Below are positions 30,899 to 40,552 of a stretch of 45,403 bases of DNA, piece by piece. The DNA is from Planctomycetota bacterium. GTDB taxonomy: Bacteria > Planctomycetota > Phycisphaerae > UBA1845 > JANYLN01. A model generated the notes under the pieces. That model was not told the DNA's origin. It did not search any database and was given only the letters and a program-made list of their open reading frames with translations. The first letter of the stretch is position 1. The number at the start of each line of letters is the position of its first letter. The position numbers were made by a program, and so were the translations under genes. The stretch covers positions 1-45,403 of the forward strand of contig JANYLN010000049.1 of the NCBI GenBank assembly GCA_025357795.1, given 5' to 3'.

Positions 30899-31632
30899 TC
30901 AGGCGGAATCGCTGATGAGAGTCCCGACGGCTTCGCCGCGGACCGCCCGAAGCAGGTTGCCCGGCGAGAAGACGTTGAACACCATGATCGGGATCTTTTT
31001 CTGCTGCACAGGTCGAATGCGGAGATATCCATTACGCCCAGCCGGCCGTTGAGGGCCTGATCGTAGGTGAGCTTGTCATAGCGCTTGGCGGCGGGGTTCT
31101 TCTTGGGATCTTCCGTGTAGACGCCGTCGACCTTGGTAGCCTTAAGCAGGGCGTCAGCCCCAAGCTCCAGAGACCGCAGTGCGGCACAGGTGTCGGTGGT
31201 AACGAAGGGACTGCCTGTGCCGCTGACGAGCACCACGATGCGTTTCTTCTCGAGGTGGCGGATACAGCGTCGGCGGATGTAAGGCTCGCAGACCGCGCTG
31301 ATGTTGATTGCGCTCATGAGGCGGGTGGGTATGCCCTTGGCCTCGATCGTATCCTGCAGGGCCAAGCCGTTGATCACTGTCGCCAGCATGCCCATGTAGT
31401 GACCGGTCGCCTCGTGGACAGGGGTGGTCTGGGCAATGGTGTTGCCGCGCATCAGGTTGCCGCCGCCAACGACAATTGCGATCTCCACGCCGGTTGCCGC
31501 GGCATCGACGATGCTGGTTGCCAGGCGGTCAATCGCGTCGCCATTCAAACCCACCTGGCCGGGAAGGCCGAGGGCTTCGCCGGAGACCTTCAGGACGATT
31601 CGACGATACTTGGGCTGCTGTGCGGTTGTCAT
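30899..31632 (-). CDS. pyrH: Uridylate kinase, 1-nt frameshift near the 3' end
   Basis: RIVLKVSGEAL, VGGGN, TTDTCAALR, DGVYTEDP; the native tail KKIPIMVFNVFSPGNLLRAVRGEAVGTLISDSA* lies in another frame after ~31000. Confidence 0.93.
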
Positions 31633-31722
31633 GGCTCATTCTTACCCTGCAAGATCGATTGGCAACGGATATCGATGCGTCATCTTCACTGCTTATCGGC
31701 AGGACCTGTTGGCACGATGCGG

Positions 31723-31760
31723 CCAAAAAAAGAGCCGCCCGAGGGCGGCTCTTTTTTGGG
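31723..31760. terminator. Bidirectional-type terminator hairpin after tsf
   Basis: A7-gagccgcc-cgag-ggcggctc-T6. Confidence 0.85.
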
Positions 31761-31770
31761 TTCTTGTCAT

Positions 31771-32622
31771 CTATTCCGTCTCACCGACAGCCAGGCGGAC
31801 GAACTTCGTCACGTTGGCGCCGGCCTTTTTGAGGACATCGCCGACGATTGCCTTGCCGGTGGGGTCCTTCACGAACGTCTGCTCGATCAGCACACGCTCG
31901 TTGAACCACTTGTTGATCTTGCCGTCAACGATCTTGGCCTTGATCTGCTCGGGCTTCTTCTCGCGTTCGATCTGGGCCAAGGCAATCTCGCGCTCCTTGG
32001 CAACGAGGTCCGCCGGGACCTCTTCGCGCCGCACGGCCATCGGCTGCATCGCGGTGATCTGCATGCAGACGTCCGACAGGATCGCCTGGTCAGCACCGGC
32101 GGGCTCCGCCGCCAGCAGCACCGCCACCTGGCCGTTGAAATGCTGGTAGGAACCGATCGCCGGACCGGTCAGCCGAACGAACCGGGCGGCCTGGATATTC
32201 TCGCGGGTCTTGTTGACCGCATCGGTGATCAGGTCGCGGCCGGTTACCTGGGCGTTGTCGACATGCGGCTGGGCGAGCAGTTCCTCGATGGTCGTAGCCG
32301 GATTGTTTGCCATGGTCAGTTGCTTGGCCAAGAGGTCGGCGGTCCGGCGAAACACGTCGTTGTCGGCGACCTGTGCCGTCTCGCAGCGCAGTTCAACCAG
32401 CGCGCCGGCGGTGCGGTCCGGGGTGACGAACAGGCCGATACGGCCTTCGGCGGTCTCGCGGCCAACCTTCTTCTCCGCGGCCGCGGCGCCCCGCTTGCGC
32501 AGGATTTCAATCGCCTTGTCGGCGTCGCCATTGGTCTCGGTCAGGGCCTGCTTACAGTCCATCATGGGCAAACCGGTCCGCTCCCGGAGTGCTTTGACAT
32601 CACCGGCAGTAATATTCGCCAT
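31771..32622 (-). CDS. tsf: Elongation factor Ts
   Basis: VKALRERTGLPMMDCKQAL, LVELRCET, LIEQTFVKD. Confidence 0.97.
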   Translation of the reverse strand: MANITAGDVKALRERTGLPMMDCKQALTETNGDADKAIEILRKRGAAAAEKKVGRETAEGRIGLFVTPDRTAGALVELRCETAQVADNDVFRRTADLLAKQLTMANNPATTIEELLAQPHVDNAQVTGRDLITDAVNKTRENIQAARFVRLTGPAIGSYQHFNGQVAVLLAAEPAGADQAILSDVCMQITAMQPMAVRREEVPADLVAKEREIALAQIEREKKPEQIKAKIVDGKINKWFNERVLIEQTFVKDPTGKAIVGDVLKKAGANVTKFVRLAVGETE

Positions 32623-32659
32623 GTATGCGTTAACCTCCTGCTGCTTCTTCTGACAAACT

Positions 32660-32696
32660 CGGCACGGCCCGGTATTTGGCTAGCCGGGCCGTGCCG
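32660..32696. other. Stable hairpin between rpsB and tsf
   Basis: cggcacggcccgg...ccgggccgtgccg. Confidence 0.7.
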
Positions 32697-32736
32697 CGTT
32701 GTGTATTCCAGATTAAACCTCGGCCGATCGACCGGG

Positions 32737-33618
32737 TTATGGGTTCTGCTGTTCCGGCGGAGCCAGTACGGGGGCCTCGGGCTGCGGGGCGGCCGGCTCG
32801 GCGGCTACCGCTTCCGGGGCCTGCTGCTCGCCGGCCTCGGGGGCACGACGGATGCGCCGGCGAGGACCGGCTGCGGCAGCAACGGCTTCCTCGGCCGGGG
32901 CGGCGGCTTCGCGATCACTTCGGGTGACGACGATGCGACCCCGCTTGCCTTCTTCGACCGCCTCGGCGATCTGGTTCAGCACGATTTCGATCGAGCGAAT
33001 GGCATCATCATTGCCCGGGATCGGAATATCGGCCATGTCCGGATCGGCGTCCGTGTCCAGCAGGCAGACTGTCGGGATGCCCAGTTTCCTGGCTTCCTTG
33101 ACGGCGATGTGTTCCTTGCGCGGATCGACGACGAAGATCACGCCGGGCAGGCGCGTCAGATTGCGGATGCCTTCGAGGTTCCGCTGGATCTTCTTCTTCT
33201 CACGCAGCAGAGAACTCACTCGCTTCTTGGAGAAGTCCTGGATGCCGCCAGTGGTTTCGAGCTGTTCGAGCTCGACCAGGCGACTCAGGCGGGACCGAAT
33301 GGTGCGGAAGTTCGTCAGCGTACCACCGAGCCAGCGCTCGGAGACGTAGTGCATGCCGCACTTGTTGGCGAAGTTTTGCACCAACTGCTTGGCCTGCCGC
33401 TTGGTACCAACGAACAACACGTCCTGACCGCTTCCAACCACTTGCGTGATGTACTTGCGCGCACGCAGAAGGCCCTTGACGGTTTCGCGGATGTCAATGA
33501 TGTGAATCATATTCCGCTTACCGAAGATATAAGGGGCCATCTTCGGGTTCCAACGGCTTACACGATGACCAAAGTGAATGCCCGCGGTTACGAGTTCGCG
33601 GACCAGTGCCGACGCCAC
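32737..33618 (-). CDS. rpsB: 30S ribosomal protein S2
   Basis: AGIHFGH..RWNPKM, FVGTK, RWLGGTLTNF, IPGNDDAIRS; GTG start after AAGGAGG. Confidence 0.98.
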   Translation of the reverse strand: MASALVRELVTAGIHFGHRVSRWNPKMAPYIFGKRNMIHIIDIRETVKGLLRARKYITQVVGSGQDVLFVGTKRQAKQLVQNFANKCGMHYVSERWLGGTLTNFRTIRSRLSRLVELEQLETTGGIQDFSKKRVSSLLREKKKIQRNLEGIRNLTRLPGVIFVVDPRKEHIAVKEARKLGIPTVCLLDTDADPDMADIPIPGNDDAIRSIEIVLNQIAEAVEEGKRGRIVVTRSDREAAAPAEEAVAAAAGPRRRIRRAPEAGEQQAPEAVAAEPAAPQPEAPVLAPPEQQNP

Positions 33619-33686
33619 GCTCACCTCCTTGAGATAGGTGACCTTACTTTGACTTCCACAGACGCCACAGCCTGTTAAAATGACGT

Positions 33687-33715
33687 ACCTTACGATTCCG
33701 ACCGACTTGCGTCAA
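33687..33715 (-). promoter_or_regulatory. Putative rpsB promoter
   Basis: TTGACG-17bp-TAAGGT on the minus strand. Confidence 0.55.
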
Positions 33716-33884
33716 GGTACCGGGATTGGCCGCAAAGCAACGGAACACCCAAGCAGCGCTTGGGAGATTCGGATGCGGTCTTGCCCTATTGTCGCCTGAA
33801 TTATACAGTCGGTGCCAATGAGTTGCGAGCCCTTTGTTGTGAATGCCGGTCAGTAATTCGTAGCCTTAAGGCTGGAAAGCACTT

Positions 33885-35063
33885 ATGCGCATTTTCGTCA
33901 GTGCCCTCGAGCATAGCGCCGATCTATACCTGGCTGACCTCGTCCGATCGCTCCGCCGCCAGCGGCCGGAGGCAGAAATATTTGGCCTGGCCGGCCCGGC
34001 TGCCATAGCGGCGGGTTGCCGCTCGATTCAGGACATGACCGGCAAGGCCGCCATGCTCAATCACGCGGTTGCCCGCGGGCCGGAAGCCCTCATGCTGATC
34101 AGCCAGCTCGACCGCGCCTTTTCATACGATCCGCCCGACCTGGCGATCCTGCTGGACTCGCCCACCTTCAACCTGCCACTGGCCCGCCGACTCAAGAGCC
34201 GTCAGGTCCCCGTGTACTACTACATTGCCCCGCAGGTCTGGGCGTGGGCGAAGTTCCGCGTCCACAAGGTCCGGAATCGCACCGATGCCGTGGGCTGCAT
34301 CCTGCCGTTCGAAGAGGAATTCTTCCGCGCCTACGGCGTCAACGCGACCTTCCTGGGCCACCCGCTGCTGGATCGCCTCCGCGCGATCCCGGTCGACCAG
34401 GCTGAGTTGCAGACGATCCGCTCGATAGGCCAGCCTCTGGTCGCCCTGATGCCCGGCTCGCGAAGGCACGTGATCGAGAGCGTCCTGGCGGACATGCTCT
34501 ACTGCGCCAAGCGAATCCGCCGGCAGATGCCCGCCGCACGCTTTGTGATCTCCTGCGCCCGGCCCGACATGCTCGGGCTGATCCAGGAGATCTGCCGCAA
34601 GGCCGGCGCGACCGACATCCCGATCCTGCAAAGCCGCAACGCCGAAGTGCTCACCGCCGCCGACCTGGTGCTCGTCGCCTCCGGCACCGCCACCCTCGAG
34701 GTCGCCTACTACGGCAAGCCCATGATTGTCTGCTACAAGGGCAACAAGTACGCCTACTGGGCGATCGCCTACTGGCTGATCCGCACGAAGTACCTCTCGC
34801 TGGTGAACATCCTGGCGAACCAGCGTCTCGTCCCCGAGTTCATGCCGTACTACACGGATCCTGAGCCGATCGCCCAGGAGGCCCTCGAACTGCTCGCCAA
34901 CGAGCATCTCCGACAGAAAGTCTCTGGCAAGCTCGCCGAGATCATGGCGACGCTCGACAAGCCTGGCGTCGCCGACCGCGTCGCCCAAATGGCCCTGAAT
35001 CTTGCCGACAGCCGGGCTCGATCGCGTGTCGGCCCGGTGGGTAGCGTGGCAAGGCTGTGGTAG
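33885..35063 (+). CDS. lpxB: Lipid-A-disaccharide synthase
   Basis: EHSADL, DSPTFN, YYIAPQVWAW, ILPFEEEF, GHPL, MPGSR, ASGTATLE. Confidence 0.95.
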   Translation: MRIFVSALEHSADLYLADLVRSLRRQRPEAEIFGLAGPAAIAAGCRSIQDMTGKAAMLNHAVARGPEALMLISQLDRAFSYDPPDLAILLDSPTFNLPLARRLKSRQVPVYYYIAPQVWAWAKFRVHKVRNRTDAVGCILPFEEEFFRAYGVNATFLGHPLLDRLRAIPVDQAELQTIRSIGQPLVALMPGSRRHVIESVLADMLYCAKRIRRQMPAARFVISCARPDMLGLIQEICRKAGATDIPILQSRNAEVLTAADLVLVASGTATLEVAYYGKPMIVCYKGNKYAYWAIAYWLIRTKYLSLVNILANQRLVPEFMPYYTDPEPIAQEALELLANEHLRQKVSGKLAEIMATLDKPGVADRVAQMALNLADSRARSRVGPVGSVARLW

Positions 35064-35088
35064 TCGGCCTCCACAAAGGAAGCTCCGC

Positions 35089-36222
35089 GTGACACCCAAA
35101 GAACGTGTAATCGCCGCATTGAACCACACCGAACCCGACCGCGTGCCGCTCGGCGAAATGGCCTTCGACCACAAACTCATCGAGCATTACACCGGCAAGC
35201 CGTCCTATTGGCGCCCCTTCAGCAACGCCAAGGCCCAGATCGCCATCTGGGAAGGCAAGCGGGACAGGGTCGTCGAGTCCTGGAAGGAAGCGATCGTCTT
35301 CCTGGCCGAGAAGATGGAGCACGACATCCTGGCGGTGCAGTGGGCCCCGAGCAAGTACAAGCCGATCAAGGCCCCCAGGCCGATCTCGCCGGGCACGTGG
35401 GAAGACGCTCGCGGCAATCAGTTCAAGTACTCCGCCCAGACCGAGTCGATCCTGCCCGTGCACAAGTCCGTCGAGCGCGACTACAGCGAATCAGACTTCC
35501 CGATCCAGGACATCACCGAACCGGACGACAGCGAGTGGGAACTGATCCGCTTCGTCATCGAGCGATACGGCCAGACGCACTTCATCGTGGCCCGCAGCGA
35601 TGACGGCTCCTGGGTCTGGCCGGGCGGCATGGAAAACGGCATGATGCTCCTGCTTGAAAAGCCCGAGGTCATCGCCGCTGCCATCCGCGCGGAAACCCAC
35701 CGGGCCATCCAGACGGACCGCCTCTTCGCCCGCGAGGGATGCCACGGCTTGATGCCCGCGGTCGATTACGCCATGAATGCCGGCCCGCTGTTCGCCCCGA
35801 AGTATTTTCGCGACCTGGCGCTGCCTTCGATCAAGCAGCAGACAGCCGCCGCCCATACGCTCGGCCTGTACGTCCTCAAGCACGCCTGCGGCAACAATTG
35901 GGCATTCATGGACATGTTCATCGAGGCAGGCTATGACGCCTACCAATCCATCCAGGAATCCGCCACGATGGACATCGGCCGGCTCAAGCAGCAGTATGGC
36001 CACACGATCACCCTCTGGGGTGGCGTCCAGGTCGAGACGCTGGTTCGCGGCACGCCGGAGCAGGTCCGCCTGGAGGTCCAGCGGGCAATCCAGCATTGCG
36101 CGCGGGCTGGGGGGTTCCTTCTGGGCGCTTCGCACTCGGTGGTCAACGCGACAAAGCCGGAGAACTATGAAGCGCTCCGGGAGGCTTGGCGGGAATATCG
36201 CGACTACGGCAGAGGTCAGTAG
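35089..36222 (+). CDS. Uroporphyrinogen decarboxylase / MtaA-CmuA-like family protein
   Basis: TPKERVIAALNHTEPDRVP N-terminus, HACGN, TLWGGV, GTPEQV, GGFLLG. Confidence 0.85.
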   Translation: MTPKERVIAALNHTEPDRVPLGEMAFDHKLIEHYTGKPSYWRPFSNAKAQIAIWEGKRDRVVESWKEAIVFLAEKMEHDILAVQWAPSKYKPIKAPRPISPGTWEDARGNQFKYSAQTESILPVHKSVERDYSESDFPIQDITEPDDSEWELIRFVIERYGQTHFIVARSDDGSWVWPGGMENGMMLLLEKPEVIAAAIRAETHRAIQTDRLFAREGCHGLMPAVDYAMNAGPLFAPKYFRDLALPSIKQQTAAAHTLGLYVLKHACGNNWAFMDMFIEAGYDAYQSIQESATMDIGRLKQQYGHTITLWGGVQVETLVRGTPEQVRLEVQRAIQHCARAGGFLLGASHSVVNATKPENYEALREAWREYRDYGRGQ

Positions 36223-36803
36223 GCGGCTGGTTCCTGGCACTTCAGGAAGTTCGCCAGCAGCTTCGGCCCCTCGTCGGTGAGGAAACTCTCCGGGTGGTAC
36301 TGCACCCCCTCGATCGACAAGGTCTTGTGCCGGATGCCCATCAACTCATCTTGGTCGGTCCAGGCTGTCACGATGAAATCCTTGCTCAGGTGGTCCAGCT
36401 CGACCACGAGCGAGTGGTACCGGGTAGCCGTGAATGGGTTGCTCACACCCCGGTAGATGCCCTTGCCATCGTGGTAGATCCGGTCGGTCTTGCCGTGCAT
36501 CAGCCGCTTGGCCCGCACGATATTGGCGCCAAAGACGTGGCCGATGCACTGGTGCCCCAGGCAGACCCCCAGGATAGGCACCTTGCCGGCAAAGTGCTTG
36601 ATCATTTCGTTGCTGACCCCCGCCTCGTTGGGGGTGCACGGGCCAGGCGAGATAATCAGATGCGTGGGCTTATCGACTTCAACTTGCTCGGGCGTGACCT
36701 TGTCGTTGCGATAGACCTTCGTCACGCGATTGGGGTCGAGTTCGCCGATTCGCTGCACGAGGTTGTATGTGAAGGAGTCGTAATTATCAATCAGTACGAT
36801 CAT
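36216..36803 (-). CDS. trpG: Anthranilate/aminodeoxychorismate synthase glutamine amidotransferase component (TrpG/PabA)
   Basis: IDNYDSFTYNL, SPGPCTP, GVCLGHQ, RYHSL, VQYHPES. Confidence 0.93.
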   Translation of the reverse strand: MIVLIDNYDSFTYNLVQRIGELDPNRVTKVYRNDKVTPEQVEVDKPTHLIISPGPCTPNEAGVSNEMIKHFAGKVPILGVCLGHQCIGHVFGANIVRAKRLMHGKTDRIYHDGKGIYRGVSNPFTATRYHSLVVELDHLSKDFIVTAWTDQDELMGIRHKTLSIEGVQYHPESFLTDEGPKLLANFLKCQEPAAY

Positions 36804-36974
36804 GTTTGACACCAATGCCTAAGCCATGTTGGCGACAGCCCATCGCCAGGAACTCCCAAGAGGATATGCGGCCAGGGGCACCCCACGCAAGAGGTTGTCG
36901 ACAGAAGTCTTGCCGCATGGGTTGGCCGATCGACCCGTCCAGGCCGAGGATCTTCCTGGAGTTTTGATGGCGGG

Positions 36975-37313
36975 GCAGCCTACAAGGCGGTGGATCAACA
37001 CCTGCGGCGAAGGCTGCGTCAGTGGTTGTGCGCCAAGCATGCGGTACGCTGGCCGAGGACGAAGCGGTTCCGGGACGCGTACATCAACGAGGGGCTGGGG
37101 CTGGTGTGATTGCCCCGGCTGACGCGGACCTTCCCGTGGGCGAAAGCATGACTCTCCTGGACGAGAGTCGGATGCGGGAAATCCGCACGGCCGGTTCGAT
37201 GACCGGGCGATGGAAACGGAGTCATAGTGAGGACATTGAGGCGCCGGCAACCGAAAGGGCCGACTAACACGCTACGCCTTGCCTTCGGCCACCGCGCCAC
37301 CGCTCGACTTTAC
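36975..37313 (+). mobile_element. 5'-truncated, degenerate group II intron (maturase C-terminus + domains V-VI)
   Basis: AYKAVDQHLRRRLRQWLCAKH...LGLV*LPRLTRTFPWAKA*, then DV gagagtcggatgcgggaaatccgcacggccggttc and a DVI ending gcgccaccgctcgactttac. Confidence 0.88.
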
Positions 37314-37443
37314 CCTCTGGCCAGCCAGCCGGATGTGCGCTCGTGCCGCCTCGATATACACTCCCCAGGCAGGTCCGTAGAATAGGTACGCTGTCTGGGC
37401 GCCGACTCTGCATATTGTCAGCCGTTGCATCGGAGAGATCGCC

Positions 37444-37977
37444 ATGAAGCCGCCGACACACTGGAGTACAGCCCGCCTGCACCTGCGGCCGCCCGTGATC
37501 GAGGACGCCGACGTCCTCTTCGCCACCTATACGCAGGATCCCGAGGTGACGAAGTACCTGATGTGGCGGCCGCACGACTCGGCCGAGACCACGCGCGACT
37601 TCGTCCGCCGCTGCCTCGAACAGTGGCAGGACGGTCCGACGTACTCCTGGGTCATCCTGACACAACTGGATGACCAGCTGGTGGGGATGATCGACCTGGA
37701 GATCCATGGGTTCCGGGCCGAGATCGGCTACGTGCTGGCCAAACGGTTCTGGGGCCAGGGCTACATGACCGAGGCGGTGCGCGGGCTCATCGACTGGGCG
37801 CTCCCCCAACCGGACATCTACCGCGTCTGGGCAACGTGCGACGTCGAGAACCTGGCGTCGGCTCGCGTGCTGGAAAAGGCCGGCATGCAGCGGGAAGGTC
37901 TGCTGCGTCGCTGGATCCTGCATCCGAACGTCAGCGATACACCCCGCGACAGCTGGTGCTATGCCAGCGTCAAGTGA
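37444..37977 (+). CDS. GNAT N-acetyltransferase (RimJ/RimL type)
   Basis: TARLHLRP, EIGYVLAKRFWGQGYMTEA, NLASARVLEKAGMQREG. Confidence 0.92.
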   Translation: MKPPTHWSTARLHLRPPVIEDADVLFATYTQDPEVTKYLMWRPHDSAETTRDFVRRCLEQWQDGPTYSWVILTQLDDQLVGMIDLEIHGFRAEIGYVLAKRFWGQGYMTEAVRGLIDWALPQPDIYRVWATCDVENLASARVLEKAGMQREGLLRRWILHPNVSDTPRDSWCYASVK

Positions 37978-38082
37978 GGGATTGACGTTTCCAGGAATTC
38001 CGGGGCACCGGCAGCCTGATGGTGCTCGGCTACTCGCGTAACGCGCGGACTGTGGTATCCTGTTGGGCAAAGGAGGTCAGCG

Positions 38083-39186
38083 ATGGCACTGTGGGACAAG
38101 CTCTTTGGCGAACTGGTTGACATTGTCGAGTGGGTCGATGATACCCGCGACACGATGGTCTACCGCTTCCAGCGGTACAACAACCAGATCAAGTATGGCG
38201 CCAAGCTGATCGTCCGCGAATCGCAGGTCGCTGCGTTCATCAACGAGGGCACACTGACGGACCTGTTCCTGTTCCCCGGCACCTACACGCTGGAGACCAA
38301 GAACCTGCCGCTGCTGTCGACCTTGCAGGGCTGGAAGCACGGCTTCGAGAGCCCCTTCAAGTCCGAGGTCTACTTCGTCAGCATGCGGACCTTCACCGAC
38401 CGCAAGTGGGGCACGAAGAACCCGATCATGCTCCGGGACCCGGAGTTTGGCCCGGTCCGGCTGCGGGCCTTCGGCTCGTTTGCCATCCAGGTCAAAGACC
38501 CCGCCACGTTCCTCAAGCAGGTCGTGGGCACGAGTGGCCGCTTCAGCGTCGAGCAGATCGGCGAGCAGCTGCGCGACATGGTGGTCTCGCGCTTTGCCGA
38601 CGTGCTGGGCGAGAGCAAGATCCCGATCCTCGACCTGGCCAGCAACTACGACGAGCTCGGCAAGTTCATCACCAGCCGGATCGAGCACGATTTCGACCAA
38701 TTCGGCCTGAAGGTGGCTGCCCTGTACGTCGAGAACATCTCGCTGCCGCCGGAGGTCGAGGCCGCCCTGGACAAGCGGACCAGCATGGGCATCATCGGCA
38801 ACCTGCAGGCCTACACGCAGTACCAGGCCGCCACCGCCATGCAGGACGCCGCGAAGAACCCCGGCGGGTCAGCGGGTGCCGGGATCGGAATGGGCATGGG
38901 CATGGCGATCGGCCAGCAGATCACGCAGGGTCAGCAGGCGAGTGGACAGCCGCAGGCGGCGCCGCCTCCCCTGCCCCCGCAGGCCGGGCAATACTATGTG
39001 GCGGTGCAGGGACAGCAGGCGGGGCCGTTTGACGTGGCGGCGCTGCAGATTAAGGTGCGCGGCGGGGAGCTGACACGGGAATCGCTTGTCTGGCGGCAAG
39101 GGATGGGGCAGTGGACGCCGGCAGGGCAGGTCCCCGAAATGGCATCCCTCTTCGCCGCCAGCCCGCCACCCCTGCCGCCGAAGTAG
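38083..39186 (+). CDS. SPFH/band-7-like (YdjI-type) protein with C-terminal GYF_2-like domain
   Basis: LIVRESQVAAF, PGTYTLET.NLP, KWGTKNP, VRLRAFG; C-terminal YYVAVQGQQAGPF..SLVWRQGMGQW. Confidence 0.85.
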   Translation: MALWDKLFGELVDIVEWVDDTRDTMVYRFQRYNNQIKYGAKLIVRESQVAAFINEGTLTDLFLFPGTYTLETKNLPLLSTLQGWKHGFESPFKSEVYFVSMRTFTDRKWGTKNPIMLRDPEFGPVRLRAFGSFAIQVKDPATFLKQVVGTSGRFSVEQIGEQLRDMVVSRFADVLGESKIPILDLASNYDELGKFITSRIEHDFDQFGLKVAALYVENISLPPEVEAALDKRTSMGIIGNLQAYTQYQAATAMQDAAKNPGGSAGAGIGMGMGMAIGQQITQGQQASGQPQAAPPPLPPQAGQYYVAVQGQQAGPFDVAALQIKVRGGELTRESLVWRQGMGQWTPAGQVPEMASLFAASPPPLPPK

Positions 39187-39318
39187 ACTGACAGGGCTTC
39201 GCGTAACAGAAATAGCTGGGTGCCATAGCCGCGTTGTTTGCGGCCATGCAATCCTTCGGGTGGGCATGCACCGCGTACTCCTTTACGGCCGCTCGATAAC
39301 CGCGCACAATTGCACGAA

Positions 39319-40476
39319 ATGACTGCCACCGCCCCTACAAACCAGCACCGCCAGTTCCCCTGCAAACAATGCGGGGCGAACCTCCAATACGCGCCCGGCA
39401 CGCAGACCCTCGTCTGCCCCTACTGCGGCACAGCCAACGACATCCCTGAGTCGCGAGAGGTCGTTGAGGAACTCGACTACCAGGCTTGGCTGGCCAAGGT
39501 AGCTGACGAGCATCCGACCGACGAGGTCCTGACGGTCCACTGCAACACCTGCGGGGCAGAGGCTACGCTGCCGCCGAACGTAACAGCCGAACTCTGCCCC
39601 TTCTGCGGCAGCCCCATCGTGGCTGAGGCGGTCTCCAATCGCCGCATCAAGCCGCAAGGGTTGCTGCCGTTTCACGTAACGCGCGAGCAGGCGATGGTGG
39701 CGTTTCGCACCTGGGTCCGGAGTCTCTGGCTCGCCCCCAGCAGTCTCCGGCTGAACGCGGACGCGGAGGCGGGCATCAAGGGGATCTACATCCCGTGCTG
39801 GACCTACGATGCCGACACGCAGAGCGACTACACCGGCCAGCGAGGCGATGACTACTGGACAACCGAGACCTACACGACCGTCGAGAACGGCAAGACCGTC
39901 ACCCGCACCCGCCAGGTCTGCAAGACCCGCTGGCGATGGGTCAGCGGCACCGTCAACAACCGCTTCAACGACCTGCTCGTGCTGGCAACCACCAGCCTGC
40001 CCCGCAAGTATGCCGAGGCCCTGGAACCCTGGGACCTCGGCAGCGTCGCCCCCTACAGCGATGAGTACCTCAGCGGCTTCGTGGCCCAGAGCTATCAGAT
40101 CGACCTGCCCGGCGGTTTCGAGATCGCCAGGCAGATGATGGTCGCCCCGATCGAGCAGACCGTGAGGGAGGACATCGGCGGCGATCACCAGATGATCGAG
40201 AGCGTCCGGACCCGCTACTACAACATCACCTTCAAGCACCTGCTGCTGCCCGTCTGGCTGAGCGCCTATCGCTACAACAACAGAACATTCCGCTTCCTGG
40301 TCAACGCTCGCACGGGCGAGGTCCAGGGCGAACGGCCGTACAGCACCCTCAAGATCGTCCTGCTGGTCCTGTTGATCCTGGCCATCGTGTCCGCTGTCCT
40401 GCTGGTGCTCAATCTCACCGGCGCACTGCACGGGGTGCAGGGGATCCACGGGCCGAACTACCGGGTAGACTGGTAG
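39319..40476 (+). CDS. Multi-Zn-ribbon membrane-anchored protein (YdjG-like)
   Basis: Four CxxC pairs (CKQC, CPYC, CNTC, CPFC), LLLPVW..Y, VNARTGEVQGERP, C-terminal TM. Confidence 0.8.
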   Translation: MTATAPTNQHRQFPCKQCGANLQYAPGTQTLVCPYCGTANDIPESREVVEELDYQAWLAKVADEHPTDEVLTVHCNTCGAEATLPPNVTAELCPFCGSPIVAEAVSNRRIKPQGLLPFHVTREQAMVAFRTWVRSLWLAPSSLRLNADAEAGIKGIYIPCWTYDADTQSDYTGQRGDDYWTTETYTTVENGKTVTRTRQVCKTRWRWVSGTVNNRFNDLLVLATTSLPRKYAEALEPWDLGSVAPYSDEYLSGFVAQSYQIDLPGGFEIARQMMVAPIEQTVREDIGGDHQMIESVRTRYYNITFKHLLLPVWLSAYRYNNRTFRFLVNARTGEVQGERPYSTLKIVLLVLLILAIVSAVLLVLNLTGALHGVQGIHGPNYRVDW

Positions 40477-40477
40477 A

Positions 40478-40514
40478 GAAAAAGAGCCTCCGGTACCTGT
40501 GGCACCGGAGGCTC
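40478..40514 (-). terminator. Terminator between convergent genes
   Basis: gagcctccggt/accggaggctc stem with an A5 flank (T-run on the minus strand). Confidence 0.8.
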
Positions 40515-40552
40515 GATATTGTCTTTAGAACCTGGCCCTGTATCGCGCGTTC

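Noticed and set aside
31255-33678. 807-aa plus-strand ORF (also 1569-3311, 9761-11656, 21244-23001, 26479-27837, 43422-44936)
   Set aside because: Antisense shadows of well-supported genes, expected from high-GC codon bias; no recognisable domains
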